Source: Lama glama
Taxonomy: Eukaryota
Reading direction: 5' to 3'
Assembly (NCBI GenBank): GCA_028534125.1
Contig: CM052817.1
Location: 85,500,001-85,564,000 of the forward strand
Length of the DNA stretch: 64,000 nt
A program made the translations under genes and the position numbers. Positions 63,971 to 64,000 of this stretch are shown here, one piece after another (position 1 is the stretch's first letter; every line of letters starts with the position of its first letter). Under the pieces are notes generated by a model. It ran no database searches. It saw only the letters and a program-made list of their open reading frames with translations, and had not been told where the DNA came from.

Positions 63971-64000
63971 ATCTAGAAAAAGCAATGCAAAAATCATTTT

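Overview
AT-rich, repeat-dense mammalian genomic DNA with three assembly gaps (4023-4522, 11182-11281, 56125-56624). A Vic-1-type tRNA-derived SINE and several young, related L1 3' ends point to a camelid (alpaca or camel). I cannot support any intact host protein-coding gene: the supplied ORFs are N-gap artefacts, L1 ORF2 or ERV remnants, or chance. The window looks like a long intron or gene desert filled with L1, L2, MIR, MaLR/ERV LTRs and DNA transposons. The most notable structure is a decayed two-LTR provirus on the minus strand (about 40847-45082). It has a tRNA-Arg primer-binding site, a large gag-to-RNase H deletion, class III (ERVL-like) RNase H and integrase, a possible dUTPase-like relic and a gamma-type env. 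Other points of interest are a twin-primed 5'-inverted L1 with TSDs, a four-element transposon nest at 49.6-52.9 kb, local tandem duplications and a few unverified splice-like motifs. I found no convincing novel biological system. Repeat family names are recalled from consensus sequences, not from a database search, and repeat boundaries are approximate unless TSDs are given.
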